Positions 38,146 through 48,013 are shown, counted from the stretch's first letter. The stretch: 64,000 bases of DNA from Candidatus Krumholzibacteriia bacterium (GCA_041484665.1 JBGPIA010000009.1:96001-160000); one strand, 5' to 3'. The notes: generated by a model not told the origin, from the letters alone. Program-made: numbers and translations.

Positions 38146-40067
38146 GCGAGCCGCAGCACGCGCCGGCCGCCGTGACCCGCACGCTGATTCTGGGCACCGC
38201 CGGCCACGTCGACCATGGCAAGACGGCTCTGGTCAAGGCGCTCACCGGCATCGACACCGACCGCCTGCCCGAGGAGAAGGCGCGCGGGATCTCCATCGAG
38301 CTCGGCTTCGCGCACCTGGACCTGCCCGGCGGGATCCGGCTGGGCATCGTCGACGTCCCCGGCCACGAACGCTTCGTCCGGCAGATGGTCGCCGGAGCGG
38401 GCGGTATGGACCTGGCGATGTTGCTGATCGCCGCCGACGAGGGAGTGATGCCCCAGACCCGCGAGCACCTCGACGTGCTGCACATGCTGGGCGTGGGTGC
38501 CGGCCTGGTTGTGATCACCAAGCGCGATCTGGTCGAGCCCGCTCTGCTCGCGCTGGTTGCCGACGAGGCGCACCAGCTGGTGGCGGAGACGTTTCTCGCC
38601 GCCGCGCCCATCGTGACGGTGAGCGCGCTCACGGGCGAGGGGCTGCCGCACCTGCGCGATGAGCTCCTCCGCCTGGCCGCGCGCGTCGCGCCGCGGGCGC
38701 GGGTGGGTGATTTCCGTCTGCCCGTCGATCGCGTGTTCGTGCTGCAGGGATCGGGCGTGGTGGTCACGGGCACTGCCTTTGGGGGCAGCGTTCGCGCGGG
38801 CGACAAGCTGCGGCTGCTTCCCGCGGGTGCGGGCATCCGCGTGCGCGAGGTGCAAAGCCACGGCGATCCCGTGGCGGAGGCGGGCGCGGGCGAGCGAGTC
38901 GCGCTTTCGCTGCACGGCGTCAAGAAAGAGGAGATCGAGCGCGGCGACCAGCTCGTCTCGGGCGACGGCTGGCAGCCCGCGCGGGTGCTGGGCGTGCGGC
39001 TGGAGGCCGTCGTTGGCCTGGACGAGGCCTTGCGCACACGCGCCCGCTTCCACGTACACCACGCCGCGCGCGAGGTGCTGGGGCGGCTGGATCTGCTCGA
39101 GGGCGGCACGCTCGCTGCCGGTCAGTCCGGACTTGCGCGCCTGCACCTGGAGGTTCCGCTGGTCGCCGCGCCGGGCGACCGGCTCGTGCTCCGCTCGTAT
39201 TCACCCATGGTCACCGTTGCGGGCGGCGTCGTCCTCGATCCGCAGCTGCCACTGCGCCAGCGCCGCGGCGACGCGCTCTTGTGGCTGCTGCGTATCGCGC
39301 AACGCGGCCCGCGGGCGTGGCCGCTCTTGCGCATCGCGCGAGCGGAGCTCGTGGGGTGCGCCCGGGCCGATCTGCGCCCCTGGTACAGCATGTTGGGGCT
39401 TGGCCAACCGGACGCCGACCGCGCGGTCGACGAAGCGGTCCGCGCCGGCTCGCTGCTGGAGGTGGGCGACCGCGTCCTGGACGCCGCGTGCGCGCAGCAG
39501 GCCGCGCAGCGGGCGCTGGAGCTGCTGCGCGAGCACCAGCAGGTTGCGCCCATGTCCCCGGGCCTGCCGCGGGAGGAGCTGCGCCAGGCGTTGGGCTTCC
39601 GGGGGACACCACAGCACTTCGCGCAGCTCTTGTCGGCATGGACGGCGCAGCTGCCGCTGTTCTCCACCGGCGACCGCGTGCGCGCCGACAGCGCCGCGCC
39701 CCAGCTCACCGGCGCGCAGCAAGCGGGCCTCGGCGCACTGGAGCGACGCATCGCCCAGGCCGGCGCCGCCTACGAGGCGTCCGAGGCGGAGCTGCGCAGC
39801 CCCGAGCTTCCGTTGCTGGTGGGCTCCGGGCGGGTGGTCAGGCTGGGCGGACGGTTGCTCGCCCACCGTGACGCCCTCGACGATCTGGTGCGCCGTGTCG
39901 CCGGGCACTTCGCCCGGACCGATCGCCTGGAGATCGCCCACGTCAAGGAGTGGACGCAGGCCTCGCGCAAGTTCGTGGTACCCTTGATGGAGTGGTTGGA
40001 CGCCGCGGACATCACGCGCTTCGCCGACGGGGCGCGCCGGCGCGGGCCCAAGTGCCCCACGCCCTAG
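38142..40067 (+). CDS. selB: Selenocysteine-specific translation elongation factor
   Basis: GTAGHVDHGKT, DRLPEEKARGISIELGF, DVPGHERF, C-terminal winged-helix SRKFVVPLMEWLD. GTGA overlap with murA. Confidence 0.93.
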   Translation: MSEPQHAPAAVTRTLILGTAGHVDHGKTALVKALTGIDTDRLPEEKARGISIELGFAHLDLPGGIRLGIVDVPGHERFVRQMVAGAGGMDLAMLLIAADEGVMPQTREHLDVLHMLGVGAGLVVITKRDLVEPALLALVADEAHQLVAETFLAAAPIVTVSALTGEGLPHLRDELLRLAARVAPRARVGDFRLPVDRVFVLQGSGVVVTGTAFGGSVRAGDKLRLLPAGAGIRVREVQSHGDPVAEAGAGERVALSLHGVKKEEIERGDQLVSGDGWQPARVLGVRLEAVVGLDEALRTRARFHVHHAAREVLGRLDLLEGGTLAAGQSGLARLHLEVPLVAAPGDRLVLRSYSPMVTVAGGVVLDPQLPLRQRRGDALLWLLRIAQRGPRAWPLLRIARAELVGCARADLRPWYSMLGLGQPDADRAVDEAVRAGSLLEVGDRVLDAACAQQAAQRALELLREHQQVAPMSPGLPREELRQALGFRGTPQHFAQLLSAWTAQLPLFSTGDRVRADSAAPQLTGAQQAGLGALERRIAQAGAAYEASEAELRSPELPLLVGSGRVVRLGGRLLAHRDALDDLVRRVAGHFARTDRLEIAHVKEWTQASRKFVVPLMEWLDAADITRFADGARRRGPKCPTP

Positions 40068-40192
40068 CACGAGGCGGCTGATCGTGGTGCAAGCGCCGCG
40101 CCTGTTCCTCGGTTGCGTGCTGGTGGCGGCGGCCGGGGCGGCGGCGCGCGGCACGACGGGCGCCCGCGTACGGCATCGACAGGCCAGCGCTC

Positions 40193-41635
40193 CTAGCCCT
40201 CCCGCTCCCCCTGCGCGCTGCACCCCTCCGGCATCCGCGGTGTCACGAACAACGTCCTGGCTCGCTCGACCTGGGCGAGCCCCGGCTTGGATCCGCGCGG
40301 CTTGCGCACATACTTGCGCTGTGTCACCACCACTGGAACGGTCTGCGACGTACGCGCCTTGCTGAACAGGGCCGCCAGTTGCGCCGCCTGCTCCGTGTCG
40401 CGCGAGGAGACCGGCGTGCCGCCGCTGCGCAGGACCACATGGCTGCCCTCCACACCCTGCGCGTGAAGCCACAGGTCGGCCGGCGCGCTGTGACGGCGCG
40501 TGAGCGCGTCGTTGTCCTTTGCGGAGCGTCCCACGCGCACCTCCAGGCCGCTGGCCAGCACGAACGTGCGATAGGGCAAACGCGGCTGCGCCTGCCGCAG
40601 CGGCGCCGAGCGGTGCTCCTTGGCGCGCACGGGCGCGAAATCGACGGAGAGCTCCACGGCCAGCTCCAGCAGCTCCTCGAGTTGGTGGCGGCGGTCGAGC
40701 TCGGCCAGCGCGTCGGCGGCGCGCTCCCGTGCCGCGGCCGCCTGCAGCAGCCGTTGCCGTGTGCCCTCTACCTTACGTTCTCCGCGCGCGGCGCGGCGGT
40801 ACAGCTCCTGCAGGTTCTCCGCAGGCGCGCGCGCCGGATCGAGGGCGATTTTCGTCGGCTGGCCGTCGAAGCCCTGGAGAGTAACCTCGGCCTGCCCCGC
40901 GCCCACCGTGTGCAGGTAGGCAGCCAGCAGGTCGGCCTGCGCTCGCAGATGGACTGCGCGCTCGCCCTCCAAAGCGTCGTGCTGCAGCGCATCGAGGCGG
41001 CGTTGCTCGCGGCGCAGAGCGCCGTTGAGCACGTCGCGCAGCCGTCGGCGGACGCTCGTGCACAGGCCAGCCTGCAGGGCGGCGCGCGCCAGCGCCCCGT
41101 GCAGGGCGAGCTGGAATCCCGTGCCGCAAGCACCGGCGGCCGCGCCCTCCGCCAAGTCCTGCGGCGCGCCATCGGGCAGCGCGCCCGTTCGCGCCACCGG
41201 CTGCGGCTGTGGACCCTGCAGCCAGATGGCACCGGGGCGGGGCCACAGGCACACGGCCATGCGTAGCGGGGGCTCGCCCGCGAGATCCAACGCGAGCCCG
41301 CACGGCGCGCCCTGCCCATCACCGAGCAGCGCAGCGCCCGTCACATGGCGCCCGCGCAGGTGCGAGGCGAACGGGCTCTCGCGATACAGGCCCAGCGCGT
41401 GCAGCCAGGCGCCCGGCACGGGGTGCTCGTCGAGCCAGATGGCCCGCAGCCACGGCAACGCGGTCGCCCACAGGAAGCTGCCGCCCACGCGCAGTGAGAT
41501 CCAGCCGGCGCCTGCGGCGATGCCTTCGATGGCGGCGCCGCGCAGCCGGCCCGCCAGCTCCTGGCACAGCGGGGGCAGCCAGGTGGGCGGCGGCCCGAGC
41601 GGCCCTGCGGTGGAGCCGGACGCGCCATTCTCCAT
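40193..41635 (-). CDS. NFACT family (RqcH/Rqc2/FbpA-like) protein with a divergent N-terminus
   Basis: Coiled coil with IALDP...AENLQELYRRA; NFACT-R domain VGRSAKDNDALT, DLWLHAQGVEGSHVVLR, AALFSKA, RKYVRKPRGSKPG. GGAGG upstream of ATG 41635. Confidence 0.85.
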   Translation of the reverse strand: MENGASGSTAGPLGPPPTWLPPLCQELAGRLRGAAIEGIAAGAGWISLRVGGSFLWATALPWLRAIWLDEHPVPGAWLHALGLYRESPFASHLRGRHVTGAALLGDGQGAPCGLALDLAGEPPLRMAVCLWPRPGAIWLQGPQPQPVARTGALPDGAPQDLAEGAAAGACGTGFQLALHGALARAALQAGLCTSVRRRLRDVLNGALRREQRRLDALQHDALEGERAVHLRAQADLLAAYLHTVGAGQAEVTLQGFDGQPTKIALDPARAPAENLQELYRRAARGERKVEGTRQRLLQAAAARERAADALAELDRRHQLEELLELAVELSVDFAPVRAKEHRSAPLRQAQPRLPYRTFVLASGLEVRVGRSAKDNDALTRRHSAPADLWLHAQGVEGSHVVLRSGGTPVSSRDTEQAAQLAALFSKARTSQTVPVVVTQRKYVRKPRGSKPGLAQVERARTLFVTPRMPEGCSAQGEREG

Positions 41636-41725
41636 CTTCCCGTTGCACCTCCCTGCGCGCGCCGCGGGCGAGCGCCGCGGCGGTCTAAAGTTGCGTCCGC
41701 GCGGGCTCCGTGCAACCCTAGCACC

Positions 41726-42598
41726 ATGCGGAGCATGACGGGCATGGGAGGCGCGAGCGCCCGCCGCGCCGGCGTGACGCTGCGCGCCGACGTGCGCTCG
41801 GTCAACCATCGATTCCTCGAGGTGGTCTTGCGCGCTCCCACGGGCCTGAGCGTGTTAGAAGGTCGCGTGCGCGAGAAGGTCGCTGGCGCCATCGAGCGCG
41901 GCCGCATCTCGGTGACCCTCGAGCTGGAGCAGGCCGGTGGTGGCCTGGAGGTCGCGGTCAACGAGCCGTTCGTGGCCGCTTACGTCGAGGCCCTGCGCGA
42001 GCTGAGGCGCAAGTACCGTCTCGACGGCGAGATCGAGCTGGCGCACGTGGTGGCGCGCCCCGAGGCGCTCGAGGTACGCGAGCGCATCCTGCCCGAGGAC
42101 ACCATGCTCGCGCTGCTGGACGAGGTGGTGGAGGGGGCGCTCGCGCAGTTCAACGCGATGCGCGCGCGCGAGGGGGGGGCGCTTGCGCGTGAGCTCGCCC
42201 GCCGCTGCAAGCTGCTGCGCTCGCAGTTGAAGGTCGTGGAGCGCCACGCCGCGACCGTGCCGCGCGAGGCGCAGCGCCGGCTCAAGGAGCGGCTGGCCAA
42301 ACTGGGGGCCGCCGACGCCGTCGATCCGGCGCGGCTGGCGGCGGAGGTGGCGTTGTTGGCCGACCGCGCCACGATCACCGAGGAGTGTGAGCGCCTGACC
42401 AGCCACCTGCAACAGTTCGAGGAGACGCTGCGACAGAGCGAGCCGGCGGCCAAGCGGCTGGGATTCCTCCTGCAGGAGATGCACCGCGAGGTGAACACCA
42501 TGGGGAGCAAATCAGCGTCGCTGGCCATCACCCACGCGGTGGTGCGCATGAAAGAGGAGCTGGAGAGCCTGCGGGAGCAGATCGCGAACCTGGAGTAG
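41726..42598 (+). CDS. yicC: YicC/YloC family endoribonuclease
   Basis: MRSMTG, RSVNHRFLE, RAREG, ITEECERL, LGFLLQEMHREVNTMGSK, REQIANLE. Confidence 0.93.
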   Translation: MRSMTGMGGASARRAGVTLRADVRSVNHRFLEVVLRAPTGLSVLEGRVREKVAGAIERGRISVTLELEQAGGGLEVAVNEPFVAAYVEALRELRRKYRLDGEIELAHVVARPEALEVRERILPEDTMLALLDEVVEGALAQFNAMRAREGGALARELARRCKLLRSQLKVVERHAATVPREAQRRLKERLAKLGAADAVDPARLAAEVALLADRATITEECERLTSHLQQFEETLRQSEPAAKRLGFLLQEMHREVNTMGSKSASLAITHAVVRMKEELESLREQIANLE

Positions 42599-42661
42599 TC
42601 CGCGCGCGGGACGCGCGGCTCCCGCACAAGGCCGCTCACCCGGCCGCCGCCACCACCACTC

Positions 42662-43273
42662 ATGAGCGACACTGCCGCCACGGATTTTCTGTTCCTCGTC
42701 TCCGGCCCCTCGGGCTCCGGGAAGAGCACGCTCGCCCAGCGCCTGCTGCAGGCGCATCCGGAGCTGGAGTTCTCCGTCTCCTACACCACGCGCACGATCC
42801 GCGGCGACGAGCGGGACGGCCGCGAGTACCACTTCATCGACCGCACGCGCTTCGAGGATATGGCGCGCCAGGGCGGCTTCGCGGAGCACGCCGAGGTCCA
42901 CGGCAATCTGTATGGCACGTGGCGCCCCGATCTGGACGCGATCTTCGCGCGCGGTCACCAGCCGCTCTTGGATCTCGACGTCCAGGGCGGCAGCAACATC
43001 CTCGATCTCTTCGGCGAGCGGGTTGCGGCGATCTTCGTCTTTCCGCCGTCGTGGGAGGAGCTGGAGCGGCGCCTGCGGGGGCGCAGGACCGATGCGCAGG
43101 AGACGATCCAGCGCCGGCTGCTCAACGCGCGCTGGGAGGTCGGTTTCGCCCCGCGCTACGGCTACTACGTGGTCAACGATGACCAAGAGCGCGCGCAGGC
43201 CGACCTGGAGGCTATCCTTCGCGCCGAGCGATTGCGACGCGCGCGCTGGGCGGCGCGGTTGCTCGCCCCCTGA
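42662..43273 (+). CDS. gmk: Guanylate kinase
   Basis: SGPSGSGKST, SVSYTTR, DGREYHF, VHGNLYGT, DLDVQG, PPSWEELERRLRGR. Confidence 0.96.
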   Translation: MSDTAATDFLFLVSGPSGSGKSTLAQRLLQAHPELEFSVSYTTRTIRGDERDGREYHFIDRTRFEDMARQGGFAEHAEVHGNLYGTWRPDLDAIFARGHQPLLDLDVQGGSNILDLFGERVAAIFVFPPSWEELERRLRGRRTDAQETIQRRLLNARWEVGFAPRYGYYVVNDDQERAQADLEAILRAERLRRARWAARLLAP

Positions 43274-43427
43274 CGTGCGCCCCTCCGCAGGGGCTGGAGC
43301 GCAGGCTGGACCCAGACGCGGCCCACCTGCTCCCACCCACGCCGGCCGCCCTTCGGCCATCCGCGTTGCGTCCGCCGGCCGGTCGGCCGCCCGCCGTTAG
43401 GCGGGCCGATGATGGAAGCCCGACCGA

Positions 43428-43436
43428 TGGTAGACT
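43428..43436 (+). promoter_or_regulatory. Putative extended -10 promoter for the ECF-kinase pair
   Basis: TG-g-TAGACT about 80 nt upstream of the proposed TTG start. Confidence 0.4.
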
Positions 43437-43518
43437 GGAGCAGCGGGGTCGCCCGCCCCGGCCTCGCCCCCCGGGCGATTCCGCGGCGAAACGGCGCGGC
43501 AGACCCCGGGAGAGACCC

Positions 43519-44283
43519 TTGGCAACGCCCCAGGACGACGATCCCACAGGGCAGCCCCCCGACCATCCTGACCTGACCGCCTCGGCTGCGGCCCCGGCGG
43601 CTGCGGCCCCTGCGGCTCCGCCCGCCCTGGAACCTGATGCGGGGGACCGTACAACTGCGGGTGCGCCGACGGTCGGTCCGGGGGGGCCCGTGGCCAGCGC
43701 TTCCGCCACGAGCGGGCCTGGGAACGCCCAACCGGTCCTGGCTTCGACCGTTGCCCTGCTGCAGCGCTACCGTACCGGTGACGACGCCGCCCGCGATCTG
43801 CTGTTGGCTCGTTATCTCCCCATGCTCCGCCGCTGGGCCCACGGGCGCCTGCCGCTCTTCGCCCGTGGGCTGGCGGACACCGATGATCTTGTGCAGGTAA
43901 CCCTGCTGCGGGCATTGAAACACATGGGGAGCTTCGAGCCGCGGCGCGAGGGAGCCTTTCTCGCCTACCTGCGCCGCATCCTGCTGAACGCCATCCGCGA
44001 GGAGATCCGGCGGACGGCGCGTCGGCCCTCTAAAGCGCCCCTGGACGAGGAGCTGCCCGAGCCCAACCCGTGGTGGGTGGAGCAGGATACCTTCGAGGCA
44101 TACGAGAAGGCGCTGGCCGCCCTGCCGCAAGCGCAACAGGAGGCCGTCATCCTGCGGGTTGAGTTCGGGTACACGCATCAGGAGATCGCCGATGCGATCG
44201 GGAGCCCCTCGGCCAACGCTGCGCGCATGTTTGTGGCGCGCGCTCTCGTCCGGCTCGCGGAGGCGATGAATGACTTGGACTAG
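43519..44283 (+). CDS. ECF-type RNA polymerase sigma factor
   Basis: Region 2 (GDDAARDLLLARY...DTDDLVQVTLLRA...FLAYLRRILLNAIRE) and region 4 (LPQAQQEAVILRVEFGYTHQEIADAIG...ARALVRL). Start uncertain: TTG 43519 has GGGAGA upstream; GTG 43690 is an alternative. Confidence 0.88.
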   Translation: MATPQDDDPTGQPPDHPDLTASAAAPAAAAPAAPPALEPDAGDRTTAGAPTVGPGGPVASASATSGPGNAQPVLASTVALLQRYRTGDDAARDLLLARYLPMLRRWAHGRLPLFARGLADTDDLVQVTLLRALKHMGSFEPRREGAFLAYLRRILLNAIREEIRRTARRPSKAPLDEELPEPNPWWVEQDTFEAYEKALAALPQAQQEAVILRVEFGYTHQEIADAIGSPSANAARMFVARALVRLAEAMNDLD

Positions 44284-46219
44284 AGACCCGCGCGATGAGG
44301 GCGTCTCGCCTGTGGACGACCGCCCCGACCTGCTGCGGCTCGCGCAAGACATCACCGACGAACGCCCGATCGACTGGGAGTCCGAGACACCCCGCCTGGG
44401 GGATCTCGCCTCCACCGGACAGCGCCTGCGCGACCTCCAGCGCGTGGCACAGGCCTACCGCAAGCCATGGGCGGGGGACTCCCCCGCGGCGGCCGAGCCG
44501 GCGCCGGCGGCGCGCACCGTGCTATTCACGTGGGGTCCGCTGCAGGTGCTCGAGCAGCTCGGCGTTGGCAGCTTTGGCGAAGTGTACCGGGCGTTCGATC
44601 CCACGCTGCAGCGCGAGGTCGCTCTCAAGCTGCGGCGGACCGGCGGCGAGCGCTTTGGCACGGGCGCTCGGCGGTTCATCGACGAAGCGCGCCGCCTCGC
44701 GCGCGTGCGCGATCCCCACGTGCTCTTCGTCCACGGCGCCGACGTGCACGAAGGGCGCGTGGGCATCTGGACCGACCTGGTCGACGGCAAGACGCTGGAG
44801 GAGTGGATTGCAGCGCACGGCGTCATGGGCGCACAGGAAGCCGCCGTCGTGGGGCTGGGCCTCTGCCGCGCGCTGGCCGCGGTCCACGCCGCCGGCCTGG
44901 TGCACGGCGACCTGAAGGCGCAGAACGTCATGCGCGAGCGCGGCGGCCGGATCATCCTGATGGACTTCGGCTCGGTCAGCGACCTGCCGCGCGGCGCGTC
45001 CGAGGCGCCGGAAGCGGCCGGGATCGTCGATCCGCTGATCTTCGGCACGCCGCTCACCATGGCGCCCGAGGTGCTCGCCGGCGAGCGACCCAGCGCCGCG
45101 TCGGATCTCTACGCACTGGGCGTGCTGCTGTACCGTTTGGTGAGCGGGCGCTATCCCGTGAGCGCGACCACGCAGGACGAGCTGAGCGCGTTGCACGCGC
45201 GCGGGGAATCCACCCCGCTGCGGGACGTCCGAGCGGATCTTCCGGCGGCGTTCGTGCAGGTGGTGCAGCGCGCGCTGTCCCGGGATCCGCAAGCGCGCTT
45301 CGCGAGCGCGGGTGCGATGGAGGCCGCGCTGGCCCAGGCGCTCCCACCCGCCGCGGCCGTCGCAGCCAGCGCGGCCGCGGGCCTGACGGCTGGCGCGGCT
45401 GCGCTCGTGGACGGTACCGGGCGTACCCCCGCTCGTCGCGCCACCCCCCGCTCGCAGCGCTGGGTGTGGGCCACTGCGGTTGCCGCGGTGGCGCTGGCGG
45501 CCGTCGCGGTTCCCCTGGAGGTCCGGCGCTCCGGCCGTTCCTCCGCTCCGCCCACCCCGGCTCCCCTGCCAAGCGCGGGCGGGCGGCCGCTCGCCACCGC
45601 CCCGCCGGTCGCCGGACCCGGTTCGAGCGGTGCTCCCGATGCCGCGACGTTGCCCGCCAGTGCGACCTTCTACCGCGTACGCGATGGGGCGCGCGAGACG
45701 CTCCTGGCCGGGAGCTGGATCGCCCCCGGCGATCACCTGTTCCTGGAGCTGCAGCCGCAGGAGCCGCTCCACGTGTACGTCATCAACGAGGACGAGCACG
45801 GCGAGCTCTTCGTGCTCTTCCCGGTTGCAGGACTCTCGCCGGCCAACCCACTCGCAGCCGGAGTGAAGCATCGTCTGCCCGGGCACCGCGGCGAGGTGGC
45901 GCAGGACTGGCAGGTCTCCAGCGCGGGCGGAACGGAGTCGTTCCTGCTGGTGGCCGCCCGCGCGCCTGTGCCGCTGCTGGAGGACGAGATCCGGCGCCAG
46001 CAGAGCGCCGACCCCGCGCGCCCCGTCGTCTACGCGTCGCTCAACCTGCAGGCGTTGCGTAACACCCGTGGCGTTGGAACGCTCGTCGACGCCGCAGCGG
46101 ACTCGCTGTCCCACAGCCGCAGCCGCATCCAGCAGCTCGTCGATCTGCTGTCGGCCGGCGCCAGTGCACAGGACGGCGTCTGGGTGCGCATGCTAGAGGT
46201 CAACAACCCGGGCTCGTGA
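44270..46219 (+). CDS. Hanks-type Ser/Thr protein kinase with a TM helix and C-terminal DUF4384-like domain
   Basis: LGVGSFGEVY, VALK, HGDLKAQN, DFG, GTPLTMAPE, SDLYALG; TM WVWATAVAAVALAAVAVPL; PGDHLFLEL...HVYVINED...LFVLFP. Overlaps the ECF stop. Confidence 0.92.
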   Translation: MTWTRDPRDEGVSPVDDRPDLLRLAQDITDERPIDWESETPRLGDLASTGQRLRDLQRVAQAYRKPWAGDSPAAAEPAPAARTVLFTWGPLQVLEQLGVGSFGEVYRAFDPTLQREVALKLRRTGGERFGTGARRFIDEARRLARVRDPHVLFVHGADVHEGRVGIWTDLVDGKTLEEWIAAHGVMGAQEAAVVGLGLCRALAAVHAAGLVHGDLKAQNVMRERGGRIILMDFGSVSDLPRGASEAPEAAGIVDPLIFGTPLTMAPEVLAGERPSAASDLYALGVLLYRLVSGRYPVSATTQDELSALHARGESTPLRDVRADLPAAFVQVVQRALSRDPQARFASAGAMEAALAQALPPAAAVAASAAAGLTAGAAALVDGTGRTPARRATPRSQRWVWATAVAAVALAAVAVPLEVRRSGRSSAPPTPAPLPSAGGRPLATAPPVAGPGSSGAPDAATLPASATFYRVRDGARETLLAGSWIAPGDHLFLELQPQEPLHVYVINEDEHGELFVLFPVAGLSPANPLAAGVKHRLPGHRGEVAQDWQVSSAGGTESFLLVAARAPVPLLEDEIRRQQSADPARPVVYASLNLQALRNTRGVGTLVDAAADSLSHSRSRIQQLVDLLSAGASAQDGVWVRMLEVNNPGS

Positions 46220-46279
46220 GCGACGCTACCAGGGGCGCGACCGTGGCCCCGCGCGATCCGCCTCGCAGGGACCCGTCCC

Positions 46280-46308
46280 TTGCCGGGCCCGGGGGGGCTT
46301 CCTATACT
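46280..46308 (+). promoter_or_regulatory. Putative sigma70 promoter for rpoZ-coaBC-udg
   Basis: TTGCCG-N17-TATACT, followed by an AGGAGG SD before ATG 46341. Confidence 0.65.
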
Positions 46309-46340
46309 AGCCCATTGCCCTTGGCAACCCAGGAGGCTCC

Positions 46341-46622
46341 ATGACCTACATCCCCGTCGACCAGATCCTGCGCAGGATCCCCAACAAGTTCGAGGCGATC
46401 CGAGTCGCGGCCCTGGAGTGCCGTCGCCTCAACGACCGCTACCAGGCCATGCAGGATCCCCCCGAGCGCAAGATCACGACGCTGGCAGTGGAGCGCCTCA
46501 TCGACGGGCGCATCGACTACTACGACTCCCGCGAGCGGCGCGAGCAGGAGCGCTCGGAGGCCATGCTGGCCGCGGCAGAGGGCGGTCTCGAGACCCTGTT
46601 CGCGGACACCACCGAGGGCTGA
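46341..46622 (+). CDS. rpoZ: RNA polymerase omega subunit
   Basis: IPNKFEAIRVAALECRRL...KITTLAVERL; strong SD; lies before coaBC. Confidence 0.85.
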   Translation: MTYIPVDQILRRIPNKFEAIRVAALECRRLNDRYQAMQDPPERKITTLAVERLIDGRIDYYDSRERREQERSEAMLAAAEGGLETLFADTTEG

Positions 46623-46631
46623 GGAGGGCCG

Positions 46632-48002
46632 ATGCCGGCCTTTCCGACCCGATCCGTCGGCATGGACGCGACCCCGCCGGACCCCGGCCGGGGTCGTTCC
46701 ATTCTGTTGCTGGTCACCGGCGGCATCGCTGCCTACAAGGCCTGCTTCCTCGTCCGGCTGCTCACCGAGGCCGGGTGCGCCGTGCGCGTCGCGATGACGC
46801 GCGCGGCCACGCGCTTCGTCACTCCGCTCACCTTCGAGGCGCTCTCCGGCCAGCCCGTGGGCGAGAGCCTCTGGGGCGAAGGCGGAGAGCGGCCGCTGGA
46901 TCACATCCAGTGGGCGCGCGCGGCCGACCTGATGCTGGTCGCACCCGCCACCGCGAACTTCCTGGCGAAGATGGCCCACGGGCTGGCCAACGACCTCCCC
47001 AGCACGCTGGTTTCCGCCGCCAGCAGCCCCGTGATCGTCGCGCCCGCCATGAACGACCATATGTGGGCGAGCGCGGCCAACCAGGAGAACCTCCAGACTC
47101 TACGCCAGCGCGGCGTGCAGGTGATCGAGCCCGGGACGGGCTGGCTGGCGTGCGGCACGGTGGCTGAAGGCCGGCTGGCCGAGCCGGAGGCGATCGTTGC
47201 CGAGGTGCTGGCGCGGCTTGTGCCGGGTCCGCTGGCGGGCACGAAGGTGCTGGTGACCGCCGGGCCCACGTACGAGCCCATCGACGCGGTGCGCTTCATC
47301 GGCAACCGCAGCAGCGGCCGCATGGGGATCGCCCTGGCCGATGTCGCGCGCGAGCTGGGCGCCGACGTGACCCTGCTCTTGGGTCCGACCGAGGTGCCAC
47401 CGCCCGCGGGGGTGCGCGTCGAGCGCTTCGCAACCGCGTCCGAGCTCGCCGCGCTCGTGCGCCAGCACGCGCCGCAGGCCGACGCGATCGCCATGGCGGC
47501 CGCCGTCGCCGATTTCCGGCCAGCGCAGGCGCGCGCCGGCAAGATGAAGAAGGACGCGGGGCCACCTGCGATCGAGCTGACGCCCACCGAGGACGTGCTC
47601 GCGTCGCTGGGCAGGGCCAAGCCCGCGGGGCAGTTCCTGATCGGCTTCGTGCTGGAGACGGGCGACGACACTGCGGTCGAGGAGCAGACGCGGCGCAAGC
47701 TCGCCCGCAAGAACCTCGACCTCGCCTGCGGCAACCACGCCGGGCGGCCGGGCGAGGGCTTCGGCAGCGACACCAACCGCATGTACCTGTGGGGCCGCGA
47801 CGAGCGCGGGAGCTGGGTCGGACCTGCCGGCAAGCGCGAGGTGGCGTCGGCGATCTGGAGGCGGGCGCTGCACGTCGCAGCAGCACCCGAGGTCACGGGC
47901 GCCGCGGACCCCACGGACGCCGGCCACGAGGACCGGGGCAGCGACGGCGCGCGCCACGCCGTCCCACCACGCGCCGGCCGCTCGCGCGAGACCGCCTCCT
48001 GA
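46632..48002 (+). CDS. coaBC: Bifunctional phosphopantothenoylcysteine decarboxylase / phosphopantothenate-cysteine ligase
   Basis: TGGIAAYKA, APATAN, APAMN, GWLACG, VTAGPTYEPIDAVRFIGNRSSGRMG, AAAVADF. Confidence 0.95.
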   Translation: MPAFPTRSVGMDATPPDPGRGRSILLLVTGGIAAYKACFLVRLLTEAGCAVRVAMTRAATRFVTPLTFEALSGQPVGESLWGEGGERPLDHIQWARAADLMLVAPATANFLAKMAHGLANDLPSTLVSAASSPVIVAPAMNDHMWASAANQENLQTLRQRGVQVIEPGTGWLACGTVAEGRLAEPEAIVAEVLARLVPGPLAGTKVLVTAGPTYEPIDAVRFIGNRSSGRMGIALADVARELGADVTLLLGPTEVPPPAGVRVERFATASELAALVRQHAPQADAIAMAAAVADFRPAQARAGKMKKDAGPPAIELTPTEDVLASLGRAKPAGQFLIGFVLETGDDTAVEEQTRRKLARKNLDLACGNHAGRPGEGFGSDTNRMYLWGRDERGSWVGPAGKREVASAIWRRALHVAAAPEVTGAADPTDAGHEDRGSDGARHAVPPRAGRSRETAS

Positions 48003-48013
48003 GGCGCAACGCC

